Shown: positions 41,982 through 52,915, numbered from the stretch's first letter. The stretch: 64,000 bases of DNA from Acidimicrobiia bacterium (GCA_033722675.1 JAWVYO010000001.1:48371-112370); one strand, 5' to 3'. A program made the numbers and translations. Notes: generated by a model from the letters alone, not told the origin.

Positions 41982-42066
41982 CCGGGCGACGATAGCCCGC
42001 CGGCGGAACCGCCCGCCGGGCACGATGGCCCCTCGGTATCCTCGTCCCACGATCGGAAAGGACCAC

Positions 42067-45000
42067 ATGGGGGACGAGACGCAGGGCTTCGGTCGCAACC
42101 TCTGGCTCGTGGACGAGATGGAGGAGCGCTACCGCACCGACCCGTCGTCGGTCGGCGAGGACTGGCGCCGGTACTTCGAGGGCGAGACGCCCCTCGGCGA
42201 GCCGGCCCGTGGCGCCGGACCCGACCGCGACGACGGTGACCCTGGGGACCGGACGGACCGCCCCGAACCGGCCGACGGTCGGCCGGCGGCGACCGACGGG
42301 GACGACGCACCCGCCAAGCACGACGCCCGTGGCTCCGAACCCTCCACCGAGGACGCGGGACCGGACCTCGGTGAGGACGACGAGCTCACGACCCTGATCG
42401 GCACCCCGGCGGTGATCGCCGAGCGGATGGAGGAGAGTCGCGAGCTGCCGACGGCCACGTCGGTCCGGGCGATCCCCGCCAAGCTCCTCGAGGTCAACCG
42501 CCGCATCCTCAACAACCAGATCAAGCGCCTGCACAAGCCCGGCAAGGTCTCGTTCACCCACATCCTCGGTTGGGCGGTCGTGCGCGCCCTCCAGGAGTTC
42601 CCGGTGATGAACGCCGCGTACGCCTCGGTCGACGGCGACCCCCACATGGTCCGCTACGGCCACGTGAACCTCGGGATCGCCATCGACATGGAGCGCAAGG
42701 ACGGGAGCAGGACACTCCTGGTCCCCAACATCAAGCACGCCGACACCATGGACTTCGCCGGCTTCTGGGAGACCTACGAGGACGTCGTCCAGCGCGTCCG
42801 GTCGGGCTCGATCACTCCGGACGACTTCGCCGGGACCACGGCCACCCTCACGAACCCCGGCACGGTGGGCACGGTGCAGTCGGTGCCCCGCCTCATGCCC
42901 GGCCAGGGCGTGATCGTCGGCGTCGGGGCCATCGGATACCCGCCCGAGTACCAGGCCGCCGATCCCGAGACGCTGTCACGGGTCGGGATCGGACGCACGA
43001 TCACGATGACGTCGACCTATGACCACCGGATCATCCAGGGGGCGTCGAGCGGGCAGTTCCTCCGCCACATCCACGAACTGCTCCTCGGCGAGCACGACTT
43101 CTACGACGAGATCTTCCGGTCGATGTCGATCCCCTACGTGCCCGCCCGATGGGCGAGCGATGCCAACCCGGCCCCCGGGACCAGGGAGGCCGCCGAGAAG
43201 CAGGCCCGGGTGTTCCAGCTGATCAACATGTACCGGGTCCGGGGCCATCTCATCGCCGACCTCGACCCCCTCCGACTCAAGCCGCCCACCATCCACGACG
43301 AGCTCGATCCCCTCACCTACGGCCTCACGATCTGGGACCTCGACCGGGAGTTCGCCACCAACGGCCTCGCCGGCCAGTCGACGATGACGCTGGGACGCAT
43401 CCTCGGGACCCTGCGCGACGCCTACTGCCGGACGATCGGGATCGAGTACATGCACATCCAGGTCACCGAGGAGAAGGCCTGGATCCAGGCCCAGGTGGAG
43501 GGCGTGTCCGACGAGCTCGACGGCGAAGAGAAGCGCCGCCTCCTCGCCAAGCTGAACGAGGCCGAGGCCTTCGAGCGGTTCATCCACACGAAGTACCTGG
43601 GTCACAAGCGATTCAGCCTCGAGGGCTCGGAGTCGATGATCCCCTTCATCGACGAGGTGCTCAACGAGGCCGCCGACGCCGGCATGGAGGACGTGTCGAT
43701 CGGCATGGCCCACCGCGGTCGCCTGAACGTGCTCGCCAACACGATCGGCAAGAGCTACGCCCAGGTCTTTCGGGAGTTCGAAGGTGAACTGGATCCCTCG
43801 AGCACCCACGGCTCTGGCGACGTCAAGTACCACCTCGGCGCCAGGGGCGTGCACAAGTCGCCCGACGGGGCACAGGTGGACATCGAGGTCGCCGCCAATC
43901 CCAGCCACCTCGAGGCGGTGGACCCGGTGCTCGAAGGCATGGTCCGCGCCAAGCAGGATCGCGCCGGGGAGGGGGCGGTCGATCGGATCCTGCCCTTCCT
44001 CGTGCACGGCGACGCCGCGTTTTCGGGCCAGGGCGTGGTGGCGGAGACGCTCAACCTGTCCCAGCTGTGGGGCTACCACACGGGGGGCACGATCCACCTG
44101 GTCGTCAACAACCAGGTGGGGTTCACCACCGATGCGGCCGACGCCCGCTCCTCGTTCTACGCGACGGACATCGCCAAGGCGGTGCAGGCCCCGATCTTCC
44201 ACGTCAACGGCGACGACCCCGAAGCGGTCATCCGAGTGGCCCGGCTCGCCTTCTGGTACCGCCAGCAGTTCCACAAGGACGTGGTCGTGGACCTCATGTG
44301 CTACCGCCGCCTCGGCCACAACGAGGGTGACGACCCCTCGCTCACCCAACCCGCCATGTACCGGGTCATCGACGAGCACCCCTCGGTCCGCGACCTCTAC
44401 CTCGACCGGCTCGTCGCCCGCGACGACCTGACGCGTGACGAGGCCGACGAGATCGCCCGCAGCTTCCGGGCGCTCCTCGACCAGGCCTTCGAGGAGACCC
44501 GCGGGCTGTCGAGGGCCATCCCCGACGCGCCGCCCGAGGAGCTTCCCGCCGAGTCGGCCCCCACCGCCGTCGACGCCGATCGGGTGCAGACCATCGAAGA
44601 GGCCCTGGCGACGATCCCCGAGGGGTTCAACGTCCATCCGAAGCTCACGAAGGTCCTCGAGAATCGCCATGAGCTGTTCCTCGACGGCCAGGTGGACTGG
44701 GCCCTCGCCGAGGCCATCGCCTTCGCGTCCCTCGCCGAGGAGGGCCACGGCGTGCGTCTGGCGGGCGAGGACAGCCGACGCGGCACGTTCAGCCATCGCC
44801 ACGCGGTGCTCGTCGACTACCAGACCGAGGAGGAGTACGCCCCGCTCGAGTCCTTCGAGGACAACCCCGCCCAGGTCCAGCTCGTCGACTCGATGCTGTC
44901 GGAGTTCGCCGCCATGGGCTTCGAGTACGGCTACTCCGTGGTGGCCACCGACACCCTCGTCCTCTGGGAGGCGCAGTTCGGCGACTTCGTGAACGGCGGT

Positions 45001-45708
45001 CAGGTGGTCATCGACCAGTTCATCGCCGCCGGCGAGGACAAGTGGAACCAGCGGAGCGGGCTCGTCCTGCTCCTCCCCCACGGGTTCGAGGGCCAGGGCC
45101 CCGAGCACTCCAGCGCGCGCATCGAGCGGTTCCTGATCCTGTCGGCCGAGGACAACTGGCGGGTGGTGAACCCCTCCACACCGGCGCAGTACTTCCACGC
45201 CCTGCGGCGCCAGATCCACGACCCGGCGTTGAAGCCGCTCGTCGTGTTCACGCCGAAGTCGCTCCTGCGAACACGTGCGACGTTCAGCGACGTCGCCGAC
45301 CTGAGCAGGGGCACGTTCTTCCCGGTCCTCGACGACCCCGATCCTCCCGCCGAGGCCCGGCGGGTGCTCGTCTGTTCGGGCAAGGTGTACTACGACCTGG
45401 CCGCCCACCGGGAGGAGCAGGGAATCGACGACGTGGCGATCCTCCGACTCGAGGAGCTGTTCCCCTTCCCGGCCGACGAGCTCGAACGCCGGCTCACCGC
45501 CTTCGGGGACGCCGAGCTCATGTGGGTCCAGGAGGAGCCGTCGAACATGGGGCCCTGGCGGCACGTCTACTTCTGGCTCACGAGCCGACTGGGCCGGGTC
45601 CCTCGCCTCGCCGGCCGCGACGCCAGCGCCAGTCCCGCCACCGGGAGCCACAAGGTCCACGATCGCGAGCAGGAAGCGATCGTCGAGGCGGCCTTCGCCG
45701 CGGACTGA
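42067..45708 (+). CDS. kgd: multifunctional 2-oxoglutarate metabolism enzyme Kgd (2-oxoglutarate dehydrogenase E1 with N-terminal E2-like acyltransferase segment)
   Basis: 1213 aa. N-terminal E2-like catalytic segment (DHRIIQGASSGQFL) followed by the ThDP-dependent E1 domain. ATG at 42067 preceded by GGAAAGGA. The first 394 codons of the track ORF are antisense of the MTase and pheA genes. Confidence 0.9.
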   Translation: MGDETQGFGRNLWLVDEMEERYRTDPSSVGEDWRRYFEGETPLGEPARGAGPDRDDGDPGDRTDRPEPADGRPAATDGDDAPAKHDARGSEPSTEDAGPDLGEDDELTTLIGTPAVIAERMEESRELPTATSVRAIPAKLLEVNRRILNNQIKRLHKPGKVSFTHILGWAVVRALQEFPVMNAAYASVDGDPHMVRYGHVNLGIAIDMERKDGSRTLLVPNIKHADTMDFAGFWETYEDVVQRVRSGSITPDDFAGTTATLTNPGTVGTVQSVPRLMPGQGVIVGVGAIGYPPEYQAADPETLSRVGIGRTITMTSTYDHRIIQGASSGQFLRHIHELLLGEHDFYDEIFRSMSIPYVPARWASDANPAPGTREAAEKQARVFQLINMYRVRGHLIADLDPLRLKPPTIHDELDPLTYGLTIWDLDREFATNGLAGQSTMTLGRILGTLRDAYCRTIGIEYMHIQVTEEKAWIQAQVEGVSDELDGEEKRRLLAKLNEAEAFERFIHTKYLGHKRFSLEGSESMIPFIDEVLNEAADAGMEDVSIGMAHRGRLNVLANTIGKSYAQVFREFEGELDPSSTHGSGDVKYHLGARGVHKSPDGAQVDIEVAANPSHLEAVDPVLEGMVRAKQDRAGEGAVDRILPFLVHGDAAFSGQGVVAETLNLSQLWGYHTGGTIHLVVNNQVGFTTDAADARSSFYATDIAKAVQAPIFHVNGDDPEAVIRVARLAFWYRQQFHKDVVVDLMCYRRLGHNEGDDPSLTQPAMYRVIDEHPSVRDLYLDRLVARDDLTRDEADEIARSFRALLDQAFEETRGLSRAIPDAPPEELPAESAPTAVDADRVQTIEEALATIPEGFNVHPKLTKVLENRHELFLDGQVDWALAEAIAFASLAEEGHGVRLAGEDSRRGTFSHRHAVLVDYQTEEEYAPLESFEDNPAQVQLVDSMLSEFAAMGFEYGYSVVATDTLVLWEAQFGDFVNGGQVVIDQFIAAGEDKWNQRSGLVLLLPHGFEGQGPEHSSARIERFLILSAEDNWRVVNPSTPAQYFHALRRQIHDPALKPLVVFTPKSLLRTRATFSDVADLSRGTFFPVLDDPDPPAEARRVLVCSGKVYYDLAAHREEQGIDDVAILRLEELFPFPADELERRLTAFGDAELMWVQEEPSNMGPWRHVYFWLTSRLGRVPRLAGRDASASPATGSHKVHDREQEAIVEAAFAAD

Positions 45709-46212
45709 TCAACGGGTCCGGCCCCGGGCCACATCCCACAGCGCCTTCCCCCACGCCGCCATCTCCCGGAGCCACCCCTCGACGACCCACCGGCGCAGGG
45801 ATGCGTCGCCGCGGTCCGACGCGGCGCCCTCGACGTCGAAGCCGACACGGCGGAAGAGGAATCGGGCACGGGGGAGGTGGAAGCGATCGGTGACGATCAA
45901 CAGCCGGTTCCAGCCGTGTTCGGCGGCGATCGGCCGCAGGTTGCGCGCGTGTTCGAGCGTGCTCGTCGAACGGTCCTCCAGGAGGACGGACGCCGGGGGG
46001 ACCCCGGCGGCGACGGCGAGGTCGCGGATCGTCTCGGCCTCCGAACGAGGCCCGTCGCCAATGCCGCCGCAGCCCACGAGGACGGTGATCCGACGCGCCC
46101 GCATCTCGGCCACCGCCCGCTCGACCCGTCGCCGCAGCGACGGTGAGGGGGTCCCGTCGGAGAACACCTGGGCACCGAGGACGACGACGGCGTCTGCGGG
46201 ACGGTGGGCCAT
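45709..46212 (-). CDS. YdcF/ElyC family (DUF218) protein
   Basis: DUF218 core (VVVLGAQVFSDGTPSPSLRRRVERAV...LLIVTDRFH). Start MAHRPADAV at 46212. Confidence 0.7.
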   Translation of the reverse strand: MAHRPADAVVVLGAQVFSDGTPSPSLRRRVERAVAEMRARRITVLVGCGGIGDGPRSEAETIRDLAVAAGVPPASVLLEDRSTSTLEHARNLRPIAAEHGWNRLLIVTDRFHLPRARFLFRRVGFDVEGAASDRGDASLRRWVVEGWLREMAAWGKALWDVARGRTR

Positions 46213-46327
46213 GGCTCGATCCTGCCATGCCCGTCCGCCCTCGTCGCAGAGACGCCGGCCGGCCTGCTCGCCCTCAAGCCGCCCGGATCTCCCGCCGATA
46301 CTCGGTGGGAACCCCGAGGAGGTCACC

Positions 46328-46525
46328 ATGACCTGCAGCCGATGCGGCGGCGACGCCGTCGTCAAACGGAACTCCGCCTACTACTGCGGCAAGTGCGCCC
46401 TCGCCCGCGACTGGCACGAGATCATCCAACTCGTGCAGGACGCCCGCGTGGAGACACCGGTCGGCGGAGCGGGCGAGACGCCCGCGGCCGAGTCCGAGGC
46501 CGACCCCTTCCTCGCGCGGGCCTGA
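46328..46525 (+). CDS. small four-Cys zinc-ribbon protein (65 aa)
   Basis: ATG 7 nt after GAGGAGG. MTCSRCGG...YYCGKC gives C3-x2-C6 and C20-x2-C23. Ends 13 nt before the FtsX-type permease. Confidence 0.5.
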   Translation: MTCSRCGGDAVVKRNSAYYCGKCALARDWHEIIQLVQDARVETPVGGAGETPAAESEADPFLARA

Positions 46526-46538
46526 GCCGACCCGGAGG

Positions 46539-49343
46539 GTGCTCGGTAGCATCCTCCCGTTGGCCGATCGATCCGCTCGAACCAGACCTCCTGCCGTCCG
46601 GCGCCTCGCCGGATGGCTCCGATGGCTGGGCGTCCCCTTCGGCGACCTGGCCCTCGCGCTGGCGCTCGTCGGCGCGACCGCCGCCCCCGCCTTCCTCGTA
46701 TCCGCCGCCGACGTGTGGCAGGACGCCGCCGGCGACCGCATCGCCGGCACACTGGCCGACGGTGCCGATCCCGACGCGTCGGGCATCGCGATCACCACGC
46801 TGACCACGTTCACCCCCGCGGCCACCCGGACCGCCGACGACCTCGTCACGGCCCGGCTGCGGGCGATCGACGGTCTCGGCGAGGTCCGCCGGTTCCAGTA
46901 CACGTTCCGCAACGACGTGTTCGCCGACCCACCGCTGCCGCCGGCGGGGGCGCCGGTCCGCCTCTTCGCCGCGGACGGGGCCGTCGACGCCATCGAGATC
47001 GTCGATCGGGCCGACGTCGCCGAGCCCTCGGTGTGGATCTCCACGTGGTTCGCCGAACGGTCGGGGCTTCGTCCGGGTGACGTCGTGTACGTCCCCGCGC
47101 CCCTGGACCCGAACCAGGTCGGCGCCGAGATACCCGGGGCCCGAGGGCCGACCGTCGCCACCACGGTGGCGGGGACGTACGAACCGGTGTGGGACGGGGA
47201 CGCAGCCCCGTACTGGGAGGACGTCCCGCCCGATCTCGTCCCCCGGTTCCTCCGCCCCTTCAACGCCCCGGCCTTCTCGCTCTTCGTGCTGGATCCGGCG
47301 ACGATGGAGGGGCTGGCGGTGAGCGGGGCGACGCGGTGGACGGCCCCTGCCGTCGACGTCCCCCGCGACATCGGCGGACTCCGATCGATGGTCGGCGCCT
47401 ACCGGGCGCTCGAGGTCGCCCTCACCACCGATCCCGACCTCGCCGCCGCGCTGGACGATCTCGCCGCCGGACTCGGCGATCTCCTCGACGACGACCTGCT
47501 CGTTCCCATCCCCGAGACCGGCTTCGACTCCACCCTGCCCTCGACGCTGGCCGAGGCCGAGGCGGCGCTCGTCCAACTCGACCAGCCGCTGGCGTCCGCG
47601 CGCACCGCGGGGGTGGCCGTCGGCCTCGTCATCATGGTCGCGAGCGCCGTGTTCGTGGTGCAGCGCCGACGCTCCGAGTACGTCCTCCTCGCCGGCGAGG
47701 GAGACCGGTGGTGGCGGTTCGCTCCCCGTGCCTTCGCTCAGTTGACACTGCCGGGTGCCCTCGGTACGACCCTCGGCGTGATCGCCGCGGCCGAAGTCGG
47801 CCACCGCGTCGGCCCGGCCACCGGGTTCGACCTCTCGCCCGTCGACGTGGTCGGCACCGCCGGGGTGGTCGCCGCCGGCACGCTCCTCGCCGCCCTGACC
47901 ACGGGCGTGATCGCGCAGGCCACCCTGGACCGCGGCGTGATCGGCGCCCGACCCCACCTCCTCACCTCGGTCGTGTCGCTCCTCTCGCTGGTGGCCGCCG
48001 GCTTCCTCTGGGCGGTCGTCGGCTCCTCGACGTCGACGGGGACCGTCGACGTGAGCGTCGTCGCCTTCCCGCTGGTCGGGCTCGTCGCCGCCGCTTCGAC
48101 GATGGCCTGGGCGATCGGATCGGTGACGCGGCGGAACAGGGAGGCCGGCCGGCGCCTCCCCCTCGTGGCCTGGCTGGCCGTCCGTCGCCTCGGGACCCGC
48201 TCCGACGGCCCCAGGATCGTGGCCGCGGCCGGTGCCGTGGGGATCGGGCTCGTCGTCTTCTCGACCATGCTCGTCGCCTCCCTCGACGAGACCGTCGACG
48301 CCAAGCTGGCCACCGAGGTGGGCGGCGCGAGCAGGGTGTCCGTGCTCACGTCGGACCGCACCACCGTCGAACTGCCGCCCGACTCGACGATCGTCTCGAC
48401 CTCCCGGAGTCGTATCACGGGCCGCGGCGAGGTCGTGACCCTGGTCGCCGTCGACCCCGCGACGCTGCCGGAGGCCGTGTTCTGGCCCGACGCCTTCGGC
48501 GCCGACCTGGGCCGGACCATCGAGCGGCTTGCCACGCCCCTCGACGGGACGCTGCCGGTGGTGGCCGTGGCCTCTCAGCCGACGCCGGACTCCGGCGCCG
48601 TGGGCACCACCCGGACCGTTCCCTTCCAGGTCGTCGATCGGGTCCGCTCGTTCCCGTTGGCGGACGACTTCGGGATCTCGCTCCTCGTCGACGTCGACCG
48701 CCTCGACGCGCTCGAGCGTGCTCGCGTCGCCGACGTGCTCGGGGTGCCACTCGACGATCCCGCAGTGGACGACGCCTTCGTCCCACCGTCGACCCGGGCC
48801 ACCAAGCACGTCGTGTCGATGCTTCCGCTCGACCGGCTCGTCGCGCAGCTCGAGGATCAGGGCCTCGTGGCGCGCGACGGCCTCGACCGCGCCGAACGCG
48901 CCGTCGCCGTCGACGTCCTCGCCCCCGGCTTCGCCTTCGACTACCTGCGCCTGCTCGGGGCCGTCGCCGCCGCCGCCGCCATCGCCGGACTGCTCCTCCA
49001 TCTCGCCGAACGCCGTGACAGCCGGGCGCTGACCGCCGTCATCACCCGGCGAATGGGACTCCGACCGCGCCGGGCGGCGCTCGTCACCACCGTCGAGATC
49101 GGCGCCCTGTCTGCGGTCGCCACGCTCACGGCCGCCGTCACCGCCCCGTTCATCACCGCCCGCCTCCTCCCGCGCTTCGATCCGAATCCTGCGCTCCCGC
49201 CGCAGGTCGCCGTCGGTGTCCCGGGCTGGGAGGTCGTGATCGCGGTGGTCGGCATCATCACGCTGCTGGCGGCGGTCGTGTGGGCGAGCGAGCTGCGCTG
49301 GTCCCGCCTCGATCACGGGGAGGTGCTGCGTGCCATCGACTGA
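46539..49343 (+). CDS. large duplicated FtsX-type ABC permease with two extracytoplasmic domains of roughly 280-330 aa
   Basis: 934 aa. N-terminal TM helix followed by a large soluble domain and a TM bundle, then the same arrangement repeated. The final helix bundle has the FtsX pattern. Overlaps ATPase 1 by 14 nt. Confidence 0.7.
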   Translation: MLGSILPLADRSARTRPPAVRRLAGWLRWLGVPFGDLALALALVGATAAPAFLVSAADVWQDAAGDRIAGTLADGADPDASGIAITTLTTFTPAATRTADDLVTARLRAIDGLGEVRRFQYTFRNDVFADPPLPPAGAPVRLFAADGAVDAIEIVDRADVAEPSVWISTWFAERSGLRPGDVVYVPAPLDPNQVGAEIPGARGPTVATTVAGTYEPVWDGDAAPYWEDVPPDLVPRFLRPFNAPAFSLFVLDPATMEGLAVSGATRWTAPAVDVPRDIGGLRSMVGAYRALEVALTTDPDLAAALDDLAAGLGDLLDDDLLVPIPETGFDSTLPSTLAEAEAALVQLDQPLASARTAGVAVGLVIMVASAVFVVQRRRSEYVLLAGEGDRWWRFAPRAFAQLTLPGALGTTLGVIAAAEVGHRVGPATGFDLSPVDVVGTAGVVAAGTLLAALTTGVIAQATLDRGVIGARPHLLTSVVSLLSLVAAGFLWAVVGSSTSTGTVDVSVVAFPLVGLVAAASTMAWAIGSVTRRNREAGRRLPLVAWLAVRRLGTRSDGPRIVAAAGAVGIGLVVFSTMLVASLDETVDAKLATEVGGASRVSVLTSDRTTVELPPDSTIVSTSRSRITGRGEVVTLVAVDPATLPEAVFWPDAFGADLGRTIERLATPLDGTLPVVAVASQPTPDSGAVGTTRTVPFQVVDRVRSFPLADDFGISLLVDVDRLDALERARVADVLGVPLDDPAVDDAFVPPSTRATKHVVSMLPLDRLVAQLEDQGLVARDGLDRAERAVAVDVLAPGFAFDYLRLLGAVAAAAAIAGLLLHLAERRDSRALTAVITRRMGLRPRRAALVTTVEIGALSAVATLTAAVTAPFITARLLPRFDPNPALPPQVAVGVPGWEVVIAVVGIITLLAAVVWASELRWSRLDHGEVLRAID

Positions 49344-50142
49344 TCTCCTCGTGTCGTGCGAACACCTCGTCAAGGTGTACGACAGCCCCACCGGTCGGGT
49401 CCAGGCGGTCCGGGGCGTGGATCTCGAGCTCCCCCGCGGGGTGAAGGCGGCGGTCGTCGGGCCGTCCGGCAGCGGGAAGTCGTCACTGCTGCGAATGGTG
49501 GCGGGCCTTGACCGACCGACCGCGGGCCTCGTCACCATCGCCGGGACCGACCTGAGCGCCCTCCGTCCGGGCCGGCGCGCGCGGGTCCGCGCCGAACTCC
49601 TCACCCACGTCTACCAGCGGCCCGCGGCGAATCTGCTCGCCCATCTCACCGCGTATCAACAGCTGGACCGCATCGCTCGACCGCGTCGCGATCGGACGGT
49701 CGTCGTCGGCGACGTGCTCGAGCGGCTGGGACTCGGCCATCGCGTCGACCACGTGCCCGCCGCGCTCTCGGGCGGCGAGCAGCAACGGCTGGCCTTCGCC
49801 CGCGCCGCGGTCGCCGACCATCGCCTGGTCATCGCCGACGAACCGACCGCCCAGCTCGATCCCGACAGCGCCGCCGCCGTCCTCGACACGATCGACTACC
49901 TGGCCGAACGAGGGACGACGGTGCTCATCGCCACCCACGACCATCGCGTGCTCGGGCGCCTGGACGAGATCGTCACCCTGCGGGACGGCGCGGTCGCCAG
50001 CATCGTGCGGGGCGGCACCGAACTCGCCGTGATCGACCGCTCGGGCCGCCTCCAGCTGCCGCCCCACGTGCTGGAGCACTTCCCCGAGCGATCGGCCCGC
50101 CTGGACTGGGACGGGGAGAGCCTGTCGGTGGATCCGCCATGA
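49330..50142 (+). CDS. ABC transporter ATP-binding protein 1 (canonical motifs, roughly 40-aa C-terminal extension)
   Basis: GPSGSGKSS, LSGGEQQR, LVIADEPTAQLD, ATHDH. Alternative GTG start at 49351 (VSCEHLVKVY). Confidence 0.85.
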   Translation: MPSTDLLVSCEHLVKVYDSPTGRVQAVRGVDLELPRGVKAAVVGPSGSGKSSLLRMVAGLDRPTAGLVTIAGTDLSALRPGRRARVRAELLTHVYQRPAANLLAHLTAYQQLDRIARPRRDRTVVVGDVLERLGLGHRVDHVPAALSGGEQQRLAFARAAVADHRLVIADEPTAQLDPDSAAAVLDTIDYLAERGTTVLIATHDHRVLGRLDEIVTLRDGAVASIVRGGTELAVIDRSGRLQLPPHVLEHFPERSARLDWDGESLSVDPP

Positions 50143-50759
50143 GCCCCCTCGTCACCCTCTCGGGAGTCGTTCGCGACTATCGGCGCTCCGCCGAGACCGT
50201 CCGGGCGCTCGACGACGTCACGCTGGGTTTGGACGCCGGCACCGTGACGGGGATCGTCGGGCCGTCCGGCTCGGGCAAGACCACGCTCATCAATCTCGTG
50301 GTCGGCTGGGACGAACCGACCGAGGGATCCGTCGAGTGGTCGGTCGGCGACGACTGGCAGGGCCTCGCCGTGGTCCCCCAGGGCCTCGGCCTGCTCCCGG
50401 AGCTGACGCTCGCCGACAACGTCGAGCTCCCGGCGCGCCTCGGCAATCCACAACCCGTCCCGACGGAGACGCTCCTCGAGATGGTCGGCCTCGGCGCCCT
50501 GGCGAGGCGGCTGCCCGACGAGGTGTCGATGGGCGAACGCCAGCGCGCCTCCATCGCCCGGGCGCTGGCTCCCGGCCCGGCAGTGCTCGTCGCCGACGAG
50601 CCGACGAGCCATCAGGACGAGGACAACGTCCGGCGGGTTGCGACGCTCCTCGCCGACTGCGCCGAGGCGGGTGCCGCCGTCCTCGTGGCGACCCACGACG
50701 AACGGGTGCTCGACCGTCTCGACCTCGTGCTCCGACTCGAGGACGGCCGGCTGGTCTAG
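50139..50759 (+). CDS. ABC transporter ATP-binding protein 2 with degenerate signature motif
   Basis: Walker [10 protein letters not shown] and Walker B LVADEPT are intact, but the signature reads VSMGERQR instead of LSGGQ. ATG overlaps the ATPase 1 stop (ATGA). Confidence 0.8.
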   Translation: MSPLVTLSGVVRDYRRSAETVRALDDVTLGLDAGTVTGIVGPSGSGKTTLINLVVGWDEPTEGSVEWSVGDDWQGLAVVPQGLGLLPELTLADNVELPARLGNPQPVPTETLLEMVGLGALARRLPDEVSMGERQRASIARALAPGPAVLVADEPTSHQDEDNVRRVATLLADCAEAGAAVLVATHDERVLDRLDLVLRLEDGRLV

Positions 50760-52915
50760 TCGTCGCCGAGGACCCGATCGGCCAGGAGCATGGACACGTC
50801 CTGCACCTTCACCGACTCACCGGCGCCGATCTCCTTCACGCCGTCGTCCATCATCACGTAGCAGAAGGGGCATCCGGTGGCCACGACGTCGGCGCCGGTG
50901 GCGACCGCCTCCTCCGAGCGTTCGATGTTCACCTTCTTGCCGGTGTGCTCCTCCACCCACATGCGGGCCCCGCCGGCACCGCAGCAGAACGACTTCGTGC
51001 CGTTGCGCGGCATCTCGACGAGGTCTGCGCCCGATGCCTCGACCACCGAGCGGGGAGCGACGAACACGTCGTTGTGGCGGCCCAGGTAGCAGGGGTCGTG
51101 GAACGTCACGCGCTCGTCGGCCGGGCCGTTCTTCGGGGTGATCCGGCCCTCCTCGACGAGATCCATGAGCAGCTGGCTGTGGTGGACGACCTCGTAGTCG
51201 CCGCCGAACTGCGGATACTCGTTCGCCAGGGTGTTGAAGCAGTGGGGGCACTGCGTCACGATCTTGCGGACCCCGACGTCGTTCAGGGTCTCGATGTTCT
51301 GCAGAGCGAGGCCCTGGAAGACGAACTCGTTGCCGGACCGACGGGCCGGGTCGCCCGTGCACAGCTCCATCGGCCCCAGGATGGCGAAGTCGACCCCCGC
51401 CTCGTGGAGGAGCCGGGCGGTGGAGATCGTCACCTTCTGGTTGCGGTCGTCGAAGGACCCGGCACAGCCGACCCAGTAGAGGTACTCGGCGGTCACGCCC
51501 GGCTCGCCGAGCACCTTCACCGGGAAGTCGACCTTGTCGGTCCACGCGGCCCGCTCCTGGTTGTTCATCCCGTAGGGGTTCGAGGAGTTCTCGAGGCTCA
51601 GATAGGTCTGGCCGAGCTGGCTCGGGAAGTCGGACTCCATGAGCGACTTGTACCGGCGCATCTCGAGGATCTTGTCGAGAATGTCGATGTTCACCGGACA
51701 GATGTCGTTGCAGGCCCGGCACGACGTGCACGCCCACAGCTCCTCGGCCGTGACCCGCTCGAACACCGAGTCCGCCGACACCGTGATCGCCGCGTCGACG
51801 CCCACCGGCGGCGAGACGGGCGGCGAGGCCGTCCGGCCGGCCACCTCGCCCAGCTTCAGGACGATCTCACGCGGATCGAGGGGCTTCCCGGTGTGGTTCG
51901 CCGGGCACACCGACGTGCACCGGCCGCAGATCGTGCAGGCGTCGGTGTCGAGGAGGTCCTTCCACGTGAACTCGGAGACGAGGTTGGCGCCGACCGTCTC
52001 GATGTCCTCGGCCTCCATGAGGTTCGGCATCGGACGCATGGCGCCCTTCGGACGGTCCCGCACGGACAGGGCCATGTTCGCCGGCGAGGTGATCATGTGA
52101 CGCAGCTTCGTGGTCGGGAGCACGACGAGGAACGCGACGAACGACACCGCGTGCGCCGCCCACAACGCCCGGTGGGTCTCGACGGCGATCGACTCGGGAA
52201 CGAGATACGAGAGCGGGTAGCCGACGAAGGACCAGACCTCGAAGTCGGGGCGGCCGAAGACGGCGATCCGGGCGGCCTCGACGGCGATGCCGGTGATGCC
52301 GATCGCGGCGAGGATCCCGATCGTCCATGCGTCCTCGGGCCGCGTCTTCGTACGGATCCGCCAGGGGCGGAGTCCCCACCGCCGCAGGGCCGCCCACGCC
52401 AGTCCGACGAGGAAGATCACGGCGAAGGCGTCGAGGACCGCCGAGTAGCCCTGGTAGAAGCCTCCCTCGAGGAACTTCAGGTTGTTGGGGAGGAGGTGGT
52501 CGATCTCGAGCGTCACGGTGCCGGCGAACAGCACGAGGAAGCCCGTGTAGATCATCGTGTGCATGAGGCCGGCCGATCGATCCTCGGCGACGGTCCGCAT
52601 CGAGACGCCCCGCCAGAACTGGTACAGCCGGTCGACCCACCGGCCGGTTCGCCGGTCGGGAGCGCCCCGCTCCCAGTTCTTCGCCCGCAGCGCGAAGAAG
52701 TAGGCGGTGACCCCCACGCCCCCGGCGACGCCGAAGTAGAAGATCGACACGAGCGCCGGCGGCACGTTCGAGAAGATCGCCCGGCCGACCGCGGGGTGGG
52801 CCTCGTCGGGGACGGTCCCGAGCCACCAGAGGAACAGCACCGAGATCGGGGCGATCACGACGAGGGCGAAGAGCAGTCCCGAGGCCGTGATCCGTCGTCC
52901 CCCGTCGCCCTCCAT
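50756..52915 (-). CDS. membrane-anchored (Fe-S)-binding reductase (NarI-like TM domain + 2x[4Fe-4S] ferredoxin + two CCG domains; Rv0338c/HdrD-like)
   Basis: N-terminal five-TM domain. CxxCxxCxxxCP motifs ([12 protein letters not shown]; [12 protein letters not shown]). CCG motifs (CCGAGG; CPFC). Start MEGDGGRR at 52915. Confidence 0.8.
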   Translation of the reverse strand: MEGDGGRRITASGLLFALVVIAPISVLFLWWLGTVPDEAHPAVGRAIFSNVPPALVSIFYFGVAGGVGVTAYFFALRAKNWERGAPDRRTGRWVDRLYQFWRGVSMRTVAEDRSAGLMHTMIYTGFLVLFAGTVTLEIDHLLPNNLKFLEGGFYQGYSAVLDAFAVIFLVGLAWAALRRWGLRPWRIRTKTRPEDAWTIGILAAIGITGIAVEAARIAVFGRPDFEVWSFVGYPLSYLVPESIAVETHRALWAAHAVSFVAFLVVLPTTKLRHMITSPANMALSVRDRPKGAMRPMPNLMEAEDIETVGANLVSEFTWKDLLDTDACTICGRCTSVCPANHTGKPLDPREIVLKLGEVAGRTASPPVSPPVGVDAAITVSADSVFERVTAEELWACTSCRACNDICPVNIDILDKILEMRRYKSLMESDFPSQLGQTYLSLENSSNPYGMNNQERAAWTDKVDFPVKVLGEPGVTAEYLYWVGCAGSFDDRNQKVTISTARLLHEAGVDFAILGPMELCTGDPARRSGNEFVFQGLALQNIETLNDVGVRKIVTQCPHCFNTLANEYPQFGGDYEVVHHSQLLMDLVEEGRITPKNGPADERVTFHDPCYLGRHNDVFVAPRSVVEASGADLVEMPRNGTKSFCCGAGGARMWVEEHTGKKVNIERSEEAVATGADVVATGCPFCYVMMDDGVKEIGAGESVKVQDVSMLLADRVLGDD

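Noticed and set aside
40885-42066. N-terminal 394 codons of the 1607-aa track ORF leading into kgd
   Set aside because: This portion is antisense to the methyltransferase and pheA genes. The Kgd homology, RBS and ATG begin at 42067.
46422-49604. 1060-aa minus-strand ORF
   Set aside because: Antisense of the FtsX-type permease, with low-complexity Gly/Arg/Asp/Glu-rich translation.
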